Assembly (NCBI GenBank): GCA_018668255.1
Contig: JABISZ010000099.1
Coordinates: forward strand, 1,918 to 65,917
From: Pseudomonadota bacterium
GTDB taxonomy: Bacteria > Pseudomonadota > Gammaproteobacteria > Ga0077536
Direction of reading: 5' to 3'
Length of the DNA: 64,000 nt
Below are positions 59,491 to 64,000 of this stretch, piece after piece (positions within the stretch are counted from its first letter, which is position 1; each line of letters opens with the position of its first letter). Position numbers and translations under genes: made by a program. The notes beneath the pieces are model-generated. The model did not search any database, was not told the DNA's origin, and saw nothing but the letters and a program-made list of their open reading frames with translations.

Positions 59491-59500
59491 ACGCAAAGAA

Positions 59501-59520
59501 AACCCCAGAATTCTGGGGTT
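59501..59520. terminator. bidirectional intrinsic terminator (perfect palindrome CCCCAGAATTCTGGGG)
   Basis: Sits between convergent tag (+) and the Ycf48-like gene (-). A-tract upstream on the + strand gives a U-tract for the - strand transcript; T-rich tail downstream for the + strand transcript. Confidence 0.55.
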
Positions 59521-59546
59521 CTTAAGATCTTTTAGAGGCTTTGCGT

Positions 59547-60755
59547 TTACTGAAGCATAGGAAGTCGACTGATTTTTCCATCAGAGACGGTTATCGCAGT
59601 GCCTCGCCCACCTAATACGAGAAGAGAGCCATCTGGCATCGATACGGGTGTTTTAATCCAGGACAATAATTTTAACTCTGTCCTGTCCGCCATTTGCCAT
59701 TCGCCATCGTCTGACATCGCGCCCATCAACCCCACAGCTCCGGATATGACCGGTAGATTACCTTCACCTAAGGCTACTCCAAAGAGCCCTTCTCTGCCTG
59801 GTTTCATGTTTTCTTCCCAAGTCATCCCACTGTCAGCACTAGATTTGTTGACCCCTGCGGCGCCAACGAGCACAGCTACTTCCCCTTTTTGCACTCCAGC
59901 CATCCAATACGCAGGCTCAGGCTCTCTGGGAGTAACTTGGGTGTCTCGCCTTACCCACGTTTCTCCGCCGTCATAGCTTTGTAGCACCATCCCAAATTCT
60001 CCAGCAAGTGTTACAACTGTTCCGTTTAACATTACAACGTTCCATGAAACATCACCGCGTCGAAAAGGAGGGCCCGGTGCAAATTTTGTCTTTATGGTCG
60101 GCGCAGGATCCATATCTAATTGATTTTGAAATTGGATGAAACCTTCATCCGGATAAAGTATGTAGTCCTCTCCATCTATGGCCGGCTTACCGTTTACGGT
60201 AGCCTTGAATTCTAGACTATCACTGTCCAAATTGGACACGCCGATATACCAGTCTGCTGCGAAAGCAGCAGGAAATTCGATTAAAGGAAGGCTGACTTCT
60301 TCGATAATAACTTCCTCAAAAGTAACTCCGTCGGTACTTTTTGAGATCATCCCGCGTCCTCCTACCGCCCAGATACCAGACTCGTTCGATGAAATATCTA
60401 AAATAGGTTCGTTATATTCAGACAGTTGTTGCACTTCGGAAATCACTTTTCCATCATAGCGATAAAGCATACCGTTGGAACTTCCTAAAAGCACATCAGT
60501 ATCCGAAACCACTCTTAACGACGTGAAGTCGACAGATGGTGTTTCCGGAATCATAGATAGAGTAGCGGCTTCCTGAGTTACTTCAAGCAAGCCGACTAAT
60601 CCATGGAGGCCAGCAACTATCACTCGTTCTTGACTAGGAAGATAGCCAGCGTCCATGACATCCACGTAGGATGTCTGAGTCGCGGAAGCGTTGCTCGAAC
60701 CGAAGGCGAGTGAGGCTAGTAAAATAGTAGATGCAATTTTTGACTTACAAATCAT
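59547..60755 (-). CDS. exported Ycf48/BNR-like beta-propeller protein
   Basis: 402 aa with a signal peptide (...LLASLAFGSSNASA). Repeated ...S.DGG.TW... / ...SDDGE.W... sialidase/Ycf48-type blades. Confidence 0.6.
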   Translation of the reverse strand: MICKSKIASTILLASLAFGSSNASATQTSYVDVMDAGYLPSQERVIVAGLHGLVGLLEVTQEAATLSMIPETPSVDFTSLRVVSDTDVLLGSSNGMLYRYDGKVISEVQQLSEYNEPILDISSNESGIWAVGGRGMISKSTDGVTFEEVIIEEVSLPLIEFPAAFAADWYIGVSNLDSDSLEFKATVNGKPAIDGEDYILYPDEGFIQFQNQLDMDPAPTIKTKFAPGPPFRRGDVSWNVVMLNGTVVTLAGEFGMVLQSYDGGETWVRRDTQVTPREPEPAYWMAGVQKGEVAVLVGAAGVNKSSADSGMTWEENMKPGREGLFGVALGEGNLPVISGAVGLMGAMSDDGEWQMADRTELKLLSWIKTPVSMPDGSLLVLGGRGTAITVSDGKISRLPMLQ

Positions 60756-60899
60756 TGGGATTCCCTGTTTCTCTTCAATGAACCGAAAAATAAATTCCGT
60801 GATTTTTGTTCTTTAGTTGATATATTTTTAACCGTATAGTCTTTCCACTAGAAAAGTTGTTACGCTAAAATACCAGTTATGTATGTCAGCGCGCAACGT

Positions 60900-61391
60900 T
60901 TAAGATGTAAATTCTTTGTATCCGCCGCCGAAATAGATCAGCGGTGCAGTGTCGGCAGATGAGTTGTCGTCTATCTGCTCTACTTTGCCACAAACTATTT
61001 TGTGATCTCCTCCTTTGTACACATTTGCCACGGAGCAAGTGAAAGATATTAACGAGCCGTCAAGCACTGGAGGACGATTAGGCTTCGCAGACCAACTTAC
61101 ACCGTCAAATTTGTTATCTCCTTTTTTTGCAAAGCGTCCAGATAGGCTTTGCTGTGAGGTAGACAGGACGTTTATGCAGAAGGAGTTAGTTTCTAACATG
61201 GGAGCTAAAGTATCCGAGTTATTGTCTACGCACACGAGTAACATTGCCGGTTCCAATGAGAGAGAACTTACTGCATTCATCGTGAGACCAAATGGAACCC
61301 CTTTGCTATCAACTGTCGTAACTATCGATACGCCAGACGCCCATAGGCTACACGCTTTTCGAAAAATGGCAGAATCGTTTTGGTCATTCAT
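60900..61391 (-). CDS. flavin reductase (NAD(P)H:FMN oxidoreductase, flavin-reductase-like domain)
   Basis: Start taken at MNDQNDSAIFRKACSLWASGVSIVTT...; split-barrel flavin reductase pattern (...VSIVTT.D..G.P.G.T.NA..S.S..P..L.V.....S.T...). Confidence 0.75.
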   Translation of the reverse strand: MNDQNDSAIFRKACSLWASGVSIVTTVDSKGVPFGLTMNAVSSLSLEPAMLLVCVDNNSDTLAPMLETNSFCINVLSTSQQSLSGRFAKKGDNKFDGVSWSAKPNRPPVLDGSLISFTCSVANVYKGGDHKIVCGKVEQIDDNSSADTAPLIYFGGGYKEFTS

Positions 61392-61860
61392 AAAAAATTG
61401 TTTCCTCTTCAGTGGATTGATACATGCTCTACAATTAGCACCAACGACTACGAGTTGAGCCGGGGAACCGTTTGACCAGCACGCAAGCGACATAAGGTTA
61501 TTTTAATCCCACAATCACCAAGTCTTTTGGCAAATAGCTCACGGATTTTAGCGATAATGAGCGTCGCAGAGCAAGAACGCATTTAATACAGCACCCTTTA
61601 ACTCTATGCGTAGGTGTTTTTGAGGAAGTGTTTTTGTCTTAAAAACGTAACGCTAATTGTCGCTCAATGCTTGCAGTGCCTACATAAGGCTAGTCTAAAA
61701 CTGCTTTTATGTCGCGTTGCAATAATAAAAATTGTGGGCTGTTGTTTAAAAGCAACGTAATTAGTGTTTACCTTTTACCACAAACGTGACAAAATCACGC
61801 GATGAACTCCTCAAACCGAATGTTGGGGAGGAAAATTATGGTCGACGTAGGGGAATCTTA

Positions 61861-64000
61861 GTGACGAAAACTAGTTTTACGAAAGGGCAAAGAATAGCAA
61901 ATTGGTTATTAGACCACAGGATGACGACCGTTTTAGGGATAGTTATTCCGACGCTCATTTTGGCATGGTCATTACCTTCGATAGAAGTTTATTCTCGATT
62001 TGCTGACTTGTTGCCGGCGAAGCACGAATACATAAAAAACTACAATCGAATGAAGCAGACCTTTGGTGGCGCTAATGTAGTAACTATGTCTATTGAAGTC
62101 ACCGGCGAAAACGAGGATATTTTTACCTACGAAACTTTAAATAAAATTAAATACCTGACTGATGAAGTCGACATGATTCAAGGTGTAAATCATTATCAAG
62201 TTGCTAGTATTGCCCATCCGAAAATACGACGTATCAGGACAACTGCAGGGGGGTTGATTAAGTCTGAGCCCGTCTTGCCCAGAGACATTCCAACCCAGCC
62301 CGAGTTGCTAAAGCAGTTGAGAGAAGAATCATTCAACAATGATATAGTATATGGGACGTATATTTCGACAGATGGGAAAGCGGCTTTAATACTTGCTGGC
62401 TTCGATGAAGAGCGGCTTGATTACAACAAGATTTTTACTCGGCTTAAAGATCTCAAAACCGAAATAGAAGCAGACGGTGTTACTAATCTTTATGTGGCGG
62501 GTGAACCGATGTTGAAAGGATGGATCTATTTCCATTCTGCTGAACTTACACTTATTTTCGGTATCACGTTGGCTGTAATGATACTCTTGCTTGCGCTTCA
62601 TTTCAGGTCCTTCGCCGGCGTTTTTGTTCCTCTTTTTGGGACAGGAATGGCCTGTATCTGGGGACTTGGCTTCGTTGGCTGGATGAACTTCAATCTCGAC
62701 CCTTTGATTTTGGTTGTACCAATTTTAATATCTGCCCGGACCGCTAGTCATTGTGTGCAGATGATGGAACGGTTTCATGATGAGATTCGGAAAGGACAGT
62801 CACGCGACGCGGCGGTTCGAACAAGTATGGGTGAGCTTTTGGTTCCTGCCTCCATAGCTATTTTTACCGATGCCGCCGGGCTTTTTGTTCTTACCGTGTC
62901 GTCAATCCCTATCATTGCTAAGCTAGGCTACTTCTGCAGCTTCTGGTCAGGAAGTAACCTCATAACAGTGTCGGTCTTAGTCCCTGTGCTTTTATCATAC
63001 TTGCCCACTCCCAAAATTAGCCAAGAAGAAAACGACGTCTACTCAAATATCATGGGTCGATGGTCGACTTTCTTAGTCAGTGATAAAGCCCAGAAACCAA
63101 TTTTTGGTTTTGCGATAGTGCTGATGGGTTTCTCTTTATTTTACGCAAAAGATATGGTGGTTGGGGAAAACATGCCTGGGTCGCCAATACTATTTCCTGA
63201 TTCAGAATATAACGTTGCCGCTAAAGCAATCGCTGAGAAGTTTGCGGGAGCGAACCAATTCAGTATTTATTTTGAGTCCGAAGAAGCTCACACGATGAAA
63301 CAGCCAGCGATAGTGGCTACCATGGAAAAATTCGCACTTTACATGAGAGACACCGATGGTTTTGGTGGAACGCGTACTATTCCGCATTTAGTGAGATCTA
63401 TAAATAGGCTTTACCACTATGATGATCCAAGGTGGGGTCTAGTGCCGTCGTCTCAAAGAGACATTGGTAACACTCTGTTTATGTATGAAGCGGGGGCCGC
63501 AATTCCTGGCGTTATTTTAGAATATATGGATCTAGAGGCGCGCACAGCGAACTTTGTGGTTTTTTATAAAGATGCCACTGGTCCAACAGTAACGAACGCA
63601 ATGATCGCCGCCAAAAAATTCCTAGATGAGAATCCGATGGAAGGGGTCACTCCTCGCTTTGCCGGAGGTATTATTGGAACTACCGCTGCGGGGAACGAAG
63701 AAGTTGAAGAATCGGAGTTAAATCAAACTATATTGATTATGATAGTCGTGATGGTGTCAGTGATGGCTACTTACCGATCTATTACCGCAGCCTTGTTGGT
63801 TTTTGTAGTATTAGCGATGGCGGTTATTATCAATCGAGCGTATATGGGATTTAGAGGTATTGGTCTTAACATCAATACGCTTCCGGTGACAGCTGTAGGT
63901 ATTGGTATTGGCGTGGATTACGCTATTTACATGCTGGACAGAATCCGTGAAGAAGTAAGACATAGATCGTTAGATGAAGCAGTTAAAACTGCTTTATCAA
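61861..64000 (+). CDS. RND-superfamily (MMPL/HpnN-like) exporter, N-terminal about 710 aa (continues past window end)
   Basis: Open frame from GTG 61861 (GGGGA 6 nt upstream) to the window end with no stop. 12-TM RND architecture: two large periplasmic loops separating TM bundles (...LTLIFGITLAVMILLLALHFRS..., ...TILIMIVVMVSVMATYRSITAALLVFVVLAMAVIINRAYMG...). The ORF track shows only spurious antisense ORFs here. Confidence 0.75.
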   Translation, partial: MTKTSFTKGQRIANWLLDHRMTTVLGIVIPTLILAWSLPSIEVYSRFADLLPAKHEYIKNYNRMKQTFGGANVVTMSIEVTGENEDIFTYETLNKIKYLTDEVDMIQGVNHYQVASIAHPKIRRIRTTAGGLIKSEPVLPRDIPTQPELLKQLREESFNNDIVYGTYISTDGKAALILAGFDEERLDYNKIFTRLKDLKTEIEADGVTNLYVAGEPMLKGWIYFHSAELTLIFGITLAVMILLLALHFRSFAGVFVPLFGTGMACIWGLGFVGWMNFNLDPLILVVPILISARTASHCVQMMERFHDEIRKGQSRDAAVRTSMGELLVPASIAIFTDAAGLFVLTVSSIPIIAKLGYFCSFWSGSNLITVSVLVPVLLSYLPTPKISQEENDVYSNIMGRWSTFLVSDKAQKPIFGFAIVLMGFSLFYAKDMVVGENMPGSPILFPDSEYNVAAKAIAEKFAGANQFSIYFESEEAHTMKQPAIVATMEKFALYMRDTDGFGGTRTIPHLVRSINRLYHYDDPRWGLVPSSQRDIGNTLFMYEAGAAIPGVILEYMDLEARTANFVVFYKDATGPTVTNAMIAAKKFLDENPMEGVTPRFAGGIIGTTAAGNEEVEESELNQTILIMIVVMVSVMATYRSITAALLVFVVLAMAVIINRAYMGFRGIGLNINTLPVTAVGIGIGVDYAIYMLDRIREEVRHRSLDEAVKTALS

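Noticed and set aside
62386-63387. Two short minus-strand ORFs (62386..62601, 63202..63387) in the ORF track
   Set aside because: Both lie antisense inside a long, stop-free, clearly RND-like plus-strand reading frame that the ORF track missed because it runs off the window end.
50250-64000. Hopanoid (hpn) locus interpretation: GT2 (HpnI-like), nucleoside-phosphorylase fold (HpnG-like), radical SAM (HpnH/HpnJ-like) and RND exporter (HpnN-like) all occur in this half of the window
   Set aside because: There is no squalene-hopene cyclase or squalene synthase. The radical SAM is SPL-type (CxxxCxxC at residue about 90 with SplB-like flanks), not a B12-binding HpnJ or an HpnH. The RND gene is 9 kb away across unrelated genes. 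The resemblance is fold-level only.
1-64000. CRISPR arrays, tRNA/rRNA genes, transposases, integrases, phage or plasmid genes
   Set aside because: By eye I found no regularly spaced direct repeats, no T-loop-like GGTTCGAATCC-type sequence in intergenic regions, and no recombinase-like ORFs. The window looks like ordinary chromosome.

Overview
This 64-kb window reads as ordinary core chromosome from a Gram-negative proteobacterium. The gene content (Lol-type FtsX permease, SohB, Prc, RNase D, FeoAAB, AceK/Icd, DUF1329) points to a Gammaproteobacterium, probably a marine oligotroph with a lipid- and hydrophobic-compound-oxidising lifestyle; that taxonomic guess is low confidence. I annotated about 65 protein-coding genes, tightly packed on both strands. 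I found no rRNA or tRNA genes, no CRISPR array, and no transposase, integrase or phage genes.

The window holds three kinds of content:
- Housekeeping genes: icd-aceK, feoA-feoA-feoB, a class I DAHP synthase, pyrC-bioA, avtA, msrA, prc, rnd, tag, queD, sohB and phrB.
- A redox and lipid-catabolic island (about 4.3 to 26.9 kb): four paralogous luciferase-like flavin monooxygenases (LLMs), three acyl-CoA dehydrogenases plus glutaryl-CoA dehydrogenase, etfBA with ETF-QO, a 2Fe-2S ferredoxin and its reductase, SDRs, VOC and SRPBCC proteins, a tandem-EthD protein and a PhaZ-type esterase homologue.
- Several compact operons of uncharacterised genes, listed next.

The most unusual items are:
- An SPL-family radical SAM gene co-operonic with an MTAN/PNP-fold gene (with a C-terminal extension), a GT2 glycosyltransferase and a small DUF gene, immediately downstream of pyrC-bioA.
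- An LLM / DUF1329 / LLM operon that links a lipid-carrier-like periplasmic protein to two cytoplasmic monooxygenases.
- A split APH-kinase plus acyl-CoA dehydrogenase cluster resembling the architecture of human ACAD10/ACAD11.
- An apparently orphan ferredoxin and ferredoxin-reductase pair tacked onto the ETF-QO operon.
- A Ycf48-like beta-propeller, a flavin reductase and a partial RND/MMPL exporter at the 3' end of the window.

All family assignments come from reading the translated ORFs and recognising motifs and homologues; no database search was run.
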